Below, in pieces: positions 38,632-47,969 of a DNA stretch of 64,000 nucleotides. Source of the DNA: a virus. The notes under the pieces were generated by a model. The model was not told the origin of the DNA, made no database searches, and saw only the letters and a program-made list of their open reading frames with translations. Within the stretch, counting starts at the first letter, position 1. Each line of letters starts with the position of its first letter. The DNA is taken from IMG/VR virus record IMGVR_UViG_3300009400_000005, positions 3,890-67,889 of that record; one strand, written 5' to 3'. The position numbers and the translations under genes are program-made.

Positions 38632-41600
38632 CGTGTCCGTTCCGCGCCGCTGCCAATAGCTCGCGCATGTTCGCTGCCGTCTCCGCCTCAAACTCCCGCT
38701 GCGCCTGCAGGTACGCCGGATCGTCCGGCCGCAACCGCGCACCCCTGACCGCGGACTCCTGCACGCTCGGTGAGCCCTGCTTAGCGCCCAACGGATTCCC
38801 CGGAGGATGCTGGCGGCCATCCACGCCCGTCGACGTCGGCGCTGTCGCACTCGCTGGTGCCGGCTCGGGTTCCGCGCCCGGGACCGTCGAACGAGCAATC
38901 TCGATCGCAGCTGCCTCCGCCTCCGCCGCGGTCTGCTCCTCCTCCGACCGTTTCGGGAAGATCTGATCGACCATGCTGCGCGGATCCTCCACATCGAACA
39001 CCTGCTCCAACACCAGGCCGAACAGGAAGCGTTGCAGCTCGCGGTTCGTGTTCAACGGATCCCACTGCTTCGAAATCAACGTCACCGCACCCACCACGTC
39101 AGCCATCGTCCGCTTGAGTGGGTCGGGGAGGCTGAACGTGTACCCCAGGTCGCGTTCCACAAGGCCGGACACCTCGTCGTAGTCGCCCTCGTACAGGCCG
39201 GCCTGGATCTGCTGCTGCTCCTCGTCGGTCAACGGGCGCATCTGGTCGAGCTTCCCGGTCGCTACGGCCCGGGCGATCGCACGGTCCGCAAGCGTGCGGA
39301 ACACCTGCTCCCAGACCTCCTGCTCCTCATGGATGATCGCCATTGTTGCCGGCTCTACCGCGGCAGCCGATGCCAGGCTGACTCCGGTCGCGTCACCCGT
39401 CAGGTGCACCGGCAGTCCAGTCGTGGCGGCGATCTGCATTCGCGCCTGTCCCGCGATCGTGGCGGAGTCGGCCGCGTGCGGATCGATCGAAAACGGGCTG
39501 TGCTGGATGCCGCTGTTACGAGAAACGAGCACGCGGCCATGTCGGCGGGTCACCAGCGTGTCTGACGGCATCGTGAAGCAGTAGACCTCTCCGACGTACC
39601 GCAAGCGCTCCACGGTCCTGACGCAGCCGTCTCCGACACGCCTACGCGCATGACCGCGCAGTTCGGAGCCTCGGTAGACGTTGACCCTGAAGATTTCGCA
39701 GGCCGCAAATCCCGGTACGACCGCAGCCTCGTAGCCGCAGTTCAGCGCCAACCGCTGCACGTCGTCAGCGAGCCCACGGGAGATCGTAAAATAGGTGCCG
39801 CGCGTACATTCGTGCCACGAGTCGGTGCCGCCTCTAATGCAGCCGTCGCCTTCCATCAGGGCCTTGAGCATGATCTCCTGTTGGGACGGCGCGAGGTCAA
39901 ACACGAAGGACGGGACACGCTTGGTCGGCGCCAGCGTCCCAACGTACTCGTGTAGCCAGAGACGCAGGCGCTTAGGATTCCGGGCGCGCCAACTCCACTG
40001 TGGCCCGTTGCCGTATTCGCTCGGCGGGTTCACGTCTTCGACGCCCGGCAAGCCCATTTCACGACACGCCTCTTGGACAGACGCGAGAAATTGAGACTTC
40101 ACGGCCTGACTAACCACGACGGCCTTCGACGAGCTGCCTTCGCTGATGTACCAGCCCAGCCACCGCAGCCAAGCGTCCATCTTGAGCGTCACCGGCGGCA
40201 AGGTCTTTCGCTCGTCTACCGGTCTATGGGTGCGTCCGATTTCACGGAACACGTTGCTGACGGTTCCCTGATTGCAACCCACTTCCTTGGCAATATCGAC
40301 CTGCCTCATCCCGGACGGCAAAAGCTCGCGGATCCGCGCGTGCCGCTCAATCGTCGTCGCCGACAGAGCAACCGCCCCGCGGAACACCTGCGCTGGCAGC
40401 GTGAACGTTTCAACGTACCAGCCACCACCCAAGCCGCGATCGGTGGTCAACGGCACGACGTCCCTCGGCCTAATCTCACCAGCGAGCTTGGTCTTCGTTT
40501 CGCCGCGGTCTCGGACGAGCATGCGGTGCTGAGGCGTGACCATCGCGTCCACGCGCGGACCGCTGATACGAACGATGTCTCCGTCGTGGTCGTACAGCAA
40601 GAGGCCGGACGTCGGTTGCTCAAAGACGAGGAAGCCATCGTTCATCGCGGCGATTTGCGGGAGAGTGTCGCGGCGCTGCTTGAGTTCGTCGAGGCCCATC
40701 CAGCCTTCGTCTGTCAGCGTCTCGGTCTCAGCGTCGAAGCAGTTCTCGTAGAGGATGCTGGGACCGGCCGGCGGGGGTGTCGGCATCATCTCCGAGCCCT
40801 GACCCATCCCCACCGCCATCTGCGTCAACGGTGACGCCCTACGCACATTCTGATATGACGCGCGCTCCAGCTGCTGGCGGCCACCCCGCACATCCGCCTT
40901 CATGTAGATCGACGCGGCGGCCTTCATCAGGTCGATGCTGTTGCGCATCGTCTGCTCATAGGCGTTGAACCATCTGAGGATCCGTTTGAACCTCGGGATG
41001 CCGAAGATCGACTCGGACCGCTTGTTCACCGCGACGTGCAGCAGCAGGCCCGGGAAGATGTCGCCCGGTGCCGGCGCTCCCAAACCACCGTCACTGTCGG
41101 GCTGATCCGGCTCGTCCTGGTTGAGCGGGTCCGCGAACGCGTCCAATGCCTGGTAGTAGCCGATGATCGACTTGCCCGCCGGTACGTACTCACCCTTCGA
41201 CCAGTCCCAGCGGACCTGGGGTTTCGCGGCCTTGTACCACATGACGCGGGTCCAGTCGTCCGGGTGGCGGACGCCCTGGACGATCGTGTCGTGCTGCGCG
41301 AACCCCAGGACGACTTGGCCGTCAGCACCATCCTCAAAGAAAAGCGGGTAGAGGTTGGATTGGAGTTGTAGATCCGTGCCCTTTTGCACGAGCGCGGCAT
41401 GCGACGTCAGCACCCGGCGGTTCGCGGGCAGGTTCCAGGTCTCGTCCACCGCCTCCTGCACCGCGTCGTCGTTGCACTGCGGTTTCGGCACGCCCCTGCC
41501 GAACACGAACGCGTTCTTCAAATCCACGGCAGCGCCCGCCTGCGGATCCTCCGACCACGCCACAATGCTCTTGCGGACGATCGTCATCCGCGCCTTCGGG

Positions 41601-41806
41601 GTCAGTTCGTGCGGTTCGCCGCCGGGACGGTTGAAATCCTCGTAGCCCATGCGGTTCAGTTCGCGGCGCATCGTGCCGACGTCGCCGACCGCTTCGGACA
41701 GCTGGGACTGGAGGTGTTCAATCTCCTCGGTCGGCTGGATGCTGACGCCTAGGTACTCTTCGGCGAGAGAGCGGACGGCACTTGAGAGTGATCGGCGTCT
41801 AGCCAT
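38621..41806 (-). CDS. Portal protein with intein
   Basis: DPQAGAAVDLKNAFVFGRG, HVAVNK...FGIP, ATTGLPVHLTGD...LASA, EEQEVWEQVF; intein inside. Confidence 0.9.
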   Translation of the reverse strand: MARRRSLSSAVRSLAEEYLGVSIQPTEEIEHLQSQLSEAVGDVGTMRRELNRMGYEDFNRPGGEPHELTPKARMTIVRKSIVAWSEDPQAGAAVDLKNAFVFGRGVPKPQCNDDAVQEAVDETWNLPANRRVLTSHAALVQKGTDLQLQSNLYPLFFEDGADGQVVLGFAQHDTIVQGVRHPDDWTRVMWYKAAKPQVRWDWSKGEYVPAGKSIIGYYQALDAFADPLNQDEPDQPDSDGGLGAPAPGDIFPGLLLHVAVNKRSESIFGIPRFKRILRWFNAYEQTMRNSIDLMKAAASIYMKADVRGGRQQLERASYQNVRRASPLTQMAVGMGQGSEMMPTPPPAGPSILYENCFDAETETLTDEGWMGLDELKQRRDTLPQIAAMNDGFLVFEQPTSGLLLYDHDGDIVRISGPRVDAMVTPQHRMLVRDRGETKTKLAGEIRPRDVVPLTTDRGLGGGWYVETFTLPAQVFRGAVALSATTIERHARIRELLPSGMRQVDIAKEVGCNQGTVSNVFREIGRTHRPVDERKTLPPVTLKMDAWLRWLGWYISEGSSSKAVVVSQAVKSQFLASVQEACREMGLPGVEDVNPPSEYGNGPQWSWRARNPKRLRLWLHEYVGTLAPTKRVPSFVFDLAPSQQEIMLKALMEGDGCIRGGTDSWHECTRGTYFTISRGLADDVQRLALNCGYEAAVVPGFAACEIFRVNVYRGSELRGHARRRVGDGCVRTVERLRYVGEVYCFTMPSDTLVTRRHGRVLVSRNSGIQHSPFSIDPHAADSATIAGQARMQIAATTGLPVHLTGDATGVSLASAAAVEPATMAIIHEEQEVWEQVFRTLADRAIARAVATGKLDQMRPLTDEEQQQIQAGLYEGDYDEVSGLVERDLGYTFSLPDPLKRTMADVVGAVTLISKQWDPLNTNRELQRFLFGLVLEQVFDVEDPRSMVDQIFPKRSEEEQTAAEAEAAAIEIARSTVPGAEPEPAPASATAPTSTGVDGRQHPPGNPLGAKQGSPSVQESAVRGARLRPDDPAYLQAQREFEAETAANMRELLAAARNGHDGS
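39515..40741 (-). mobile_element. Intein (409 aa) with HTH insert and LAGLIDADG endonuclease, in portal
   Basis: N/CFDAETETLT...VTPQHRM...LGWYISEGS...LMEGDGC...VYCFT...VSRN/S. Confidence 0.92.
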
Positions 41807-42032
41807 CGCTGGTCGCCGCCATGAACGCTGTGCCGATGAGTTCCAGCAGCCACAACGGCCGCGGGAACATCACGATCGCGTCAAACGCCAACCCGACATC
41901 CTGGGTGTGGTTGATCGTCCGACGGATCGAGTCCTGCGCCGTGACCCGTGGCGGGAACGGAACGGCATGGGCGCGCAGCTCTGTGGAGAGCACGTCAACG
42001 AGGGTGTCAGTAGCGATTAGGGATCCCACCAT
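41799..42032 (-). CDS. Hypothetical protein
   Basis: ORF overlapping portal start. Confidence 0.35.
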   Translation of the reverse strand: MVGSLIATDTLVDVLSTELRAHAVPFPPRVTAQDSIRRTINHTQDVGLAFDAIVMFPRPLWLLELIGTAFMAATSDG

Positions 42033-42327
42033 AATTGCAATCGTCAGCCTGTAGCCGGTCGGCGCGCTTGTCCACGCGAGATTTCTCCGATCTCCAAACG
42101 GGGCATTGTGAGTATCCGCGCTGCGAGCAGCAGTACCCGAGCACCGACGATGGCTCGTTACGGAAGCTCACGAGCGCCGACACGGTCGAGTCCTTCGTGG
42201 TCAGCGCCTGGGGTGACAGAGCGTTTTCACGTTCCAGAACGCCGCACACAACCGAGGGGCCTTCACCCTCACCCGGCGGATTTACCGGCGACCCGGCGGG
42301 ACATTGCACTTCAATGCGTGACGCCAT
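42007..42327 (-). CDS. Cys-rich hypothetical protein
   Basis: QCP...YCC...YSQCPVW; TACCCT box upstream. Confidence 0.55.
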   Translation of the reverse strand: MASRIEVQCPAGSPVNPPGEGEGPSVVCGVLERENALSPQALTTKDSTVSALVSFRNEPSSVLGYCCSQRGYSQCPVWRSEKSRVDKRADRLQADDCNYGGIPNRY

Positions 42328-42359
42328 GTGACGGTAAGGGTAACGGGTCGTGCGGCAAG

Positions 42360-42686
42360 TTACTCGGACTCAAACCCAGCGTCGCGCAGCATCGTCCTGA
42401 TCCGCGCCGCGATCCGCATCGACGTAGGTGACTTCCCGGCCATGAACTCCGCTTCGAGGCTGGTCATGAACGCTGCCATGATCTGCAGTCGCTCCTGTAG
42501 GAGGGTGACGTCTTCGGCTTGATGCTGGATCTTGCGGGCTTCGATTTCGTAGGCGAGCATCCGGGAGCGCTGAATATGCTCTAGCGCCTGGGCGGTACCG
42601 AGACGAACGTCGGGCTTGATGTCACCGTGGGTCAGGAGCGATGAGAGCGCGGCTGCTGCTGCCGTCAGGTCGTCGATTTCGCTCAC
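42360..42686 (-). CDS. Hypothetical protein
   Basis: GAGGAG SD, helical ORF. Confidence 0.55.
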   Translation of the reverse strand: MSEIDDLTAAAAALSSLLTHGDIKPDVRLGTAQALEHIQRSRMLAYEIEARKIQHQAEDVTLLQERLQIMAAFMTSLEAEFMAGKSPTSMRIAARIRTMLRDAGFESE

Positions 42687-42699
42687 GGGTGACTCCTCA

Positions 42700-43008
42700 T
42701 CACGGCTTGCGGTTCGCTGGCTGGTCGCCCAGCCCATAGTTCTGCGTGCCGCGAGGATCATCCGCACGTGACGCGGGCTTATCCTCAATCGTCGGCGGGG
42801 CCCGACGAACCAGTTTCGCTTCCACAACCTCAGACGCACGCAGCCACGTCTCACGCTCGTTACGGCAGTTGATCACGGCCATCTTTCCGGACGACGCACC
42901 GCTGCTTTCCCATTTCACGACTTCGTAGAGGCTGGGGCCTAGGCTGATGAGGGCGCCGGGCTGGCGTTTCAGCGAGTCGGCAGAAATAACGAGATGAGGG
43001 CCAGACAT
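42700..43008 (-). CDS. Hypothetical protein
   Basis: Plausible SH3-like beta pattern. Confidence 0.5.
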   Translation of the reverse strand: MSGPHLVISADSLKRQPGALISLGPSLYEVVKWESSGASSGKMAVINCRNERETWLRASEVVEAKLVRRAPPTIEDKPASRADDPRGTQNYGLGDQPANRKP

Positions 43009-43221
43009 AACGGCGAGGGCCAAAGCTTCCTACCGAGGTTCCCGATACAGGTCGACGCTGACGTACTCGACCATGGGTTGACCGCACTCGTCGCAGAACG
43101 AGAAGTACATGGCGCGACGGTAGGCGTCGGCGCTGCACCAAGGATACGAGTCGACTTTCGCGGAAGCGCGACGGCGTAGCCAGCCCCTAAGACCTGCGGT
43201 CATGGTCCTGGCGGCTCACGG

Positions 43222-43488
43222 TCATGGTCCTGGCGGCTCATCAACGGAATGGAGTTTCGCGGCGTTCTCCGACCCGGCCTTGCCCGCCAGCGCCGCCAGC
43301 GCCGAGCTCATATGGCCGATCGCGAGTGCAAGGACGCTGATCGCAGCCAAGAACGGGATCGACGTTTTCAAGCTCGTGAGCAGGGTAACGGGGATCATTG
43401 CCGCCCACGCCAAGCTGAGGGTGGCGTTGGCCCAGAACGTAGTGCCGAGCCGGCGGGCGTTACGTTGGTGACGATGCAACGGATGCAT
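43222..43488 (-). CDS. Putative holin (two TM segments)
   Basis: Two hydrophobic helices, directly downstream of endolysin. Confidence 0.6.
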   Translation of the reverse strand: MHPLHRHQRNARRLGTTFWANATLSLAWAAMIPVTLLTSLKTSIPFLAAISVLALAIGHMSSALAALAGKAGSENAAKLHSVDEPPGP

Positions 43489-43494
43489 CAGTAG

Positions 43495-44289
43495 TCAGCC
43501 GATCCGCTGCCCCTGTGATCTATGCACGATGCCTTGATATCTGAAGCCTCGATGAAACTCACTCCACGACGGCTTGCCGTCCTTCAAGGGGTGCTCGTGC
43601 GCTTCCCGCGCGACCCGCCCCGCGAGGCTCTCCAAGTCGTTGCGGAGGTCTCGGAGGCGGCGGCGGTGAGCGACGATGAACGGGAACGACCGGTTGCGTA
43701 GCTGATCGTACGCCTCGACGACGGAGCGTTCCCGGACCTTCGGCTGCTCGATGTAATACGCGTAGTGCGGGTCGAACGCCGGCTTGACGGTCGTGAAGAA
43801 GTTGTCGGCGCACAGGGACTCGTCGAGGCTCCGTCCGAGGGCTGTCCACGTCCACTGTGTCGCGTCGGCGAGCGTCCCGAGGTTGTAACCGCAGGAGCCG
43901 TTGCCGCATAGGTGGGGTTGCTCGTTGCGGTGCGCTGTCCACAGGCGAACTTCGCTGCGAGCGATCCCGTGGCTGCGGAGCACTCCGAGAACCTCGGCCA
44001 TGCTGGACACGGCGCAGTACAGGATCGGTCGGTGCAGGCCTCTGGCGAGCTGCCGTTCCGTCCACCAGCCAGCGTCGCTGACTGCGGCGTCGCCGGCTTC
44101 CATGTCTAGGGCGTCGGCATCGTAACTGGCTTGGATGGCGATACTGACCACGCGACCAGCTTTGGCGAGATTGGGGAACCGCTGGCGAAGGGGGTAGACG
44201 GTGGGCCATGCTCCTGCTGTGTACCCCGCCACGGCCTGCGCGCCACTCGGGATCTGGTCGTACGACACGCTGTCATAGAGAACGGTCAT
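43495..44289 (-). CDS. Endolysin, GH25/DUF1906-like glycoside hydrolase
   Basis: YDSV...AVAGY, ALDMEAGDA, PILYC, LWTAH, ATQWT, LDES; leaderless TACGCT-6nt-ATG. Confidence 0.8.
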   Translation of the reverse strand: MTVLYDSVSYDQIPSGAQAVAGYTAGAWPTVYPLRQRFPNLAKAGRVVSIAIQASYDADALDMEAGDAAVSDAGWWTERQLARGLHRPILYCAVSSMAEVLGVLRSHGIARSEVRLWTAHRNEQPHLCGNGSCGYNLGTLADATQWTWTALGRSLDESLCADNFFTTVKPAFDPHYAYYIEQPKVRERSVVEAYDQLRNRSFPFIVAHRRRLRDLRNDLESLAGRVAREAHEHPLKDGKPSWSEFHRGFRYQGIVHRSQGQRIG

Positions 44290-44325
44290 AGTGTCAGCGT
44301 ACTAGCCGGAGCACGGTGTAACGCA

Positions 44326-44352
44326 ACGACCCGCCGGTTAGAGCGGGTCGTC
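44326..44352. terminator. GC-rich hairpin (possible terminator or 3' end of candidate ncRNA)
   Basis: acgacccgc-cggttaga-gcgggtcgt. Confidence 0.5.
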
Positions 44353-44369
44353 ACATGAGGGAGGATGCT

Positions 44370-44825
44370 GCGATGCGGAGGCTAGCGGGCGCCGCGGACA
44401 GCTGTCGCTGTTCTCAGCCCACTTTGCGGACTGCCAGCCGCGAAGTATCGACGATTGGGTGTTACATGTCCCCTACAAAGACGAGCGGCCCAAGCCGAAG
44501 CCCGAGCCGCTCGTCCACATATCTCAATGTGCGGCCAATAGTACACCAGACCGCGAGCCGTGAGGACGAACCTGGTGAAAGGGCTTTCGGATCAACTGGC
44601 AGTCGGTATCTCCCTACTCCGACATCAAGCGCCGGAGCCGCTGCAGGCTCGGGGCCAGTTGAGGGAAAGGGCTGCGCCTCTCGTGCAGCTCACCGTGGCA
44701 GCTCTTGCGCAACCAGGCCACGAAGTACCTCAACTGAGTGCAAGCCCAAACGTCGATACCCTGTGCCGGCCGATGGTTTAGCGCTTCGCTCCCCTTTCGT
44801 GGGGGCGAAGTACGCCCTCCGTCAA
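44370..44825 (-). ncRNA. Candidate large structured non-coding RNA (unknown family)
   Basis: No credible ORF; nested long-range helices plus cUUCGg and GNRA-like loops on the minus strand. Confidence 0.55.
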
Positions 44826-44904
44826 AGGTTCCCGAGGCCACCGATACGGTTACGGCACGCGGCGGTGATCGACCAGCAAGACCACGAGCACCACGAGCAG
44901 CAGA

Positions 44905-46149
44905 GTCAACTACTCCCGGCTGAAGCCGGGAGCTTGGACCTAGAAGCCTGCTGATGCGAGATTCCACTCCCACATCCCTCCGATCCGTGTGGCCGGTTGA
45001 CTGCGGCCCGACTGGCGATGTTGACAGCCGCGATGTGGTCGGCGTCCCCAGCGAAGGAGCACTCGACGCACCGGAACTTCGCCTGCGTGCTGCGGTTCGC
45101 TTTCGCGACGTGCCCGCAGGCCGGGCACTCCCGCGACGTGTTCCTCGGGTCGACGTACTCGACGGGGACACCGGCGAGCGCGGCCTTGTAGGTGACGAAC
45201 TCGCCGAGCTGGCGGAACGCCCACGAGTGCAGTGTCGCGCGCTGAGGCCGTCGAGCCCTAGCCCGTCCGCGGATGCCCTCAAGGTCTTCAAGGGCTACTC
45301 CGCGGCCGGTGCGTTCGGCCGTCGCGACAATGCTCTTCGAGATGCAGTGATTCACGTCCTTCGCCATCCGCGCTTCCTTGCGCTTACGTGCTTTCAGCAG
45401 CCGCTTCGCGGACCGGGTGCCCTTCGCCTGCAACCGGCCGCGCAGCCGGCGGTGACGGTGCCTGAGTGTGTTGAGGTGGGCACCCGCCCACTCCCGGCCG
45501 TCGGAGTCGGTGGCGACGTTCACGATGCCAAGGTCGACGCCGAGGAAGCTGGTGGGCTCGTACGGCTCGGGGACGGGCGGGTTGACGCTCGCCTGGAGGT
45601 ACCACTTCCCGTCGCGTGCCACGAGGTCGGACTCGCCGACCGGGTGGGCGAGCAGCGCCCGCTGGCGGTCACCGCACACGAACGGGACGGTCATGCGTCC
45701 GTCGACCGTCCAGATCGACACCGTGTCTTCGCTCCAGCGCAGCAGCCGCGAGTCGAAGCTCACCGCGCCATCGTCCCGGAAGCGGTGGAGCACACCGCGC
45801 TCGCGCTTGTACGCGGCGGCGACCCGGCCTATGGCGAGGCACGTCGCCTGCGCGCTGACGGCGAACCGGGCGCGGCAGTCGTGGTAGGCGGCGTGGTGCA
45901 GGTCGTAGCGCCGCGTGCAGCCCGTCTCGTGCGCCCGCTCGCTGAGCCAATCGGCGGCCAGGTTGCACTCGCGCTGGGTGCGCGCCAGCCCGTCGGCCTG
46001 CCCGGGCGACGGGCGCAGCTTCACCTCCGCGACAAGCCTCACAACGGCCACGCTAGAACCCGCCCCAGACGGTGCGGGCACGGCTTCCTCCCCCGCCTAA
46101 AGGCGGAGGTTTCCACCGCGACAAACGCAACCGCCCGACGAAACGGGCC
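44905..46149 (-). mobile_element. Non-autonomous IS200/IS605-family element (TnpB only)
   Basis: Left-end hairpin ccgcctaaaggcgg (~46092-46105); right-end hairpin ctcccggctgaagccgggag followed by TTGAC terminus; inserted 3' of CTGAC without duplication. Confidence 0.88.
44906..46042 (-). CDS. tnpB: RNA-guided endonuclease TnpB
   Basis: RuvC I LGVDLG, RuvC II ALEDL, Zn finger CPACG/CVEC, RuvC III DADHIAAVNI; leaderless TAGCGT-7nt-GTG. Confidence 0.95.
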   Translation of the reverse strand: MRLVAEVKLRPSPGQADGLARTQRECNLAADWLSERAHETGCTRRYDLHHAAYHDCRARFAVSAQATCLAIGRVAAAYKRERGVLHRFRDDGAVSFDSRLLRWSEDTVSIWTVDGRMTVPFVCGDRQRALLAHPVGESDLVARDGKWYLQASVNPPVPEPYEPTSFLGVDLGIVNVATDSDGREWAGAHLNTLRHRHRRLRGRLQAKGTRSAKRLLKARKRKEARMAKDVNHCISKSIVATAERTGRGVALEDLEGIRGRARARRPQRATLHSWAFRQLGEFVTYKAALAGVPVEYVDPRNTSRECPACGHVAKANRSTQAKFRCVECSFAGDADHIAAVNIASRAAVNRPHGSEGCGSGISHQQASRSKLPASAGSS

Positions 46150-46177
46150 GTCAGATGATCGTCCTGGTAGATCGGCA

Positions 46178-46453
46178 TCAGGTGATCGTCCCGGAGACGT
46201 ACGCCAGCACACTCACCTGCGCTGAACCGGCTGCGCAGACCGCCCAGATCGAATCGCCGTTGACCTGCCCCAACGACGTCGGTGCCGCGCTCACGGGGAA
46301 CTGTGGGCCCTGGCCGGCGGTCACGCCGCTACCGCCAACGGTGACGGTGGATCCGGATTGCACGTCGATGATCACCGTTTCGGCTTGGGGGCCGGGCGCG
46401 GCATATAGTTCGACGGGTGTCGTACCAACGGTGACGAGGCTGCTATTAGCCAT
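46178..46453 (-). CDS. Small beta-rich hypothetical protein
   Basis: VTVGTTPVEL...VTVGGSGVT...IWAV; leaderless start. Confidence 0.65.
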   Translation of the reverse strand: MANSSLVTVGTTPVELYAAPGPQAETVIIDVQSGSTVTVGGSGVTAGQGPQFPVSAAPTSLGQVNGDSIWAVCAAGSAQVSVLAYVSGTIT

Positions 46454-46477
46454 GAGTCACAGCGTACGCGACGCGCC

Positions 46478-46723
46478 TCACAGTCCGTCCACGGCGAGCA
46501 CGTCGCAGAGTTCCTCCCGACGCGCTCGCAGTCCAGGGAGCTTGGCGGCGATCTTCTCTGCGTACTCGATCTGGGCGTTGACCATGCAGAGGTCGCACCA
46601 CCATGCATACATCCCGTGGACGTAGCCCAGCGTGCCGCCGTCACCGACCCACTCTCCGGTTGCGGGTCGCTTGCCGCAGTTCTGACACGGTTGGCCCTTG
46701 CAGGAATGTTCCGGCGGTCGCAT
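46478..46723 (-). CDS. Zn-finger hypothetical protein
   Basis: CQNCG...WCDLC. Confidence 0.55.
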   Translation of the reverse strand: MRPPEHSCKGQPCQNCGKRPATGEWVGDGGTLGYVHGMYAWWCDLCMVNAQIEYAEKIAAKLPGLRARREELCDVLAVDGL

Positions 46724-47238
46724 CACAAGCCGCCTACGGCACACCAGAAGAACGACGCGCCGGGGAATCCCGACAGCTCGTCACGCAACCGCTGCTTAGA
46801 CGGACCATTATCGCCGCCGTGCGACCACACCCAAGGGTTATCGGGCTGGCCATCGGCCTTCATGTACACGACCGCGTGCTGCCGTGCCAAGGGCACATCA
46901 GGCCACCCGATAATCCCCAGCGCGCCAGTCTTGGCGTGGCGGGTATCGGTGTAATGCGAAAGCGCGGGATTGGTGGCGATCGTGTCGGTGTTGCCGTTGC
47001 CGCTGAACCCCAGGCTGCCATAGGGGCTCTTGTTGCCGGAATGCAGAAACAGCCATCCGATCGACCCTGAGCAGTCCCAGCCGATGACGATCGCCGGCGA
47101 CGGGTGCGCCATCCTGGCGATCAGCTCGTGCTGGGTCGGTTGAATGTCCGCCGGTCGCGCATCGGAGTAGCTGATGCGCGCGGCAATGTCCGGGCGTGTG
47201 CCCCACTGCATGAGGTTCAAAATCCCGGAACGATTCAT
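46723..47238 (-). CDS. NlpC/P60-like cell-wall peptidase
   Basis: ISYS...RP, WDCSG, GNTDT, QHAVVY, WSHGGDNGP. Confidence 0.75.
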   Translation of the reverse strand: MNRSGILNLMQWGTRPDIAARISYSDARPADIQPTQHELIARMAHPSPAIVIGWDCSGSIGWLFLHSGNKSPYGSLGFSGNGNTDTIATNPALSHYTDTRHAKTGALGIIGWPDVPLARQHAVVYMKADGQPDNPWVWSHGGDNGPSKQRLRDELSGFPGASFFWCAVGGL

Positions 47239-47241
47239 CGG

Positions 47242-47424
47242 TCAGCCCCCCTTGCTGAGCGCTGTGATCAACGCTCGCTGCAAAGGACCATCCACCAGCT
47301 CGGCAATCTGCGAAGGAGTGAGCAGCATCCAGGTTCCGTTCTTCTGGATCTCGATGTCACGGCCGCGCGCGTACGTCAACCGCACGCCCTGAACTTCCAC
47401 TCTGGTTGCGCCGGCCGTGCTCAC
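47242..47424 (-). CDS. Hypothetical protein, paralog of 53038-53265
   Basis: VQGVRLTYARGRDIEIQKNGTWMLLTPSQI...DGPLQRALITAL. Confidence 0.7.
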   Translation of the reverse strand: MSTAGATRVEVQGVRLTYARGRDIEIQKNGTWMLLTPSQIAELVDGPLQRALITALSKGG

Positions 47425-47969
47425 GGCAGCACGAGTCGGCTCGCCGGCGCAGGCTTCGCCACGACGGCCATCTGCTCATGCACGCCCCGCAACAAGTGAG
47501 CCGTCCAATACAACGACGTGGCCGTCACCTCGCTACCCGGCACGCCCGGCACTTCCATCGAAGCGCCACCCATGTTCGGCACGCGCACGCTCACGAGCAG
47601 ATCGAACACGGACTGCCCCGCCTCGAACGCGCGGTTGCAACGCTGCTGCTGCGCCATCCGCTCCACGCTCATCCTGGAGTCGACGTCCACTACGTCCATG
47701 CGTGCCTTGACGGTGCAGACCACATCAAACGGGCTGGTATCGCTGCCGTCGTTGATCTGCGTCGGCCATGCGGGGCGGGGGAGCCGGCCGGTGACCGTGC
47801 TGACGGCGTTCTCTAGCTCCCAGGGGGCGACGTCGAGCGGTTCGCCATCCGTGGGGTACAGGGTGACGGTCCCGGCGGTGGATGGCAGCACGGTGAGGGT
47901 TTCGTGGGTTCCTTCGGTGGTGGTTGCCGCGAGCTCGGCCATGGTCTGCGGCTCGTCTGAGTCTGTCAT
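47421..47969 (-). CDS. Hypothetical protein
   Basis: Coupled ORF, typical codon use. Confidence 0.6.
   Translation of the reverse strand: MTDSDEPQTMAELAATTTEGTHETLTVLPSTAGTVTLYPTDGEPLDVAPWELENAVSTVTGRLPRPAWPTQINDGSDTSPFDVVCTVKARMDVVDVDSRMSVERMAQQQRCNRAFEAGQSVFDLLVSVRVPNMGGASMEVPGVPGSEVTATSLYWTAHLLRGVHEQMAVVAKPAPASRLVLP

Larger units (their letters stand above)
44850..46178 (-). pseudogene. 27-aa membrane peptide gene interrupted by the TnpB element
   Basis: Removing 44905-46149 rejoins MPIYQDDHLT-LLLVVLVVLLVDHRRVP*, with TGATG coupling to the upstream gene. Confidence 0.65.

Noticed and set aside
44370-44825. Group I/II intron, IStron part or protein-coding gene
   Set aside because: No catalytic-core consensus, no interrupted gene, lies outside the IS boundaries; overlapping ORFs lack SD and plausible composition
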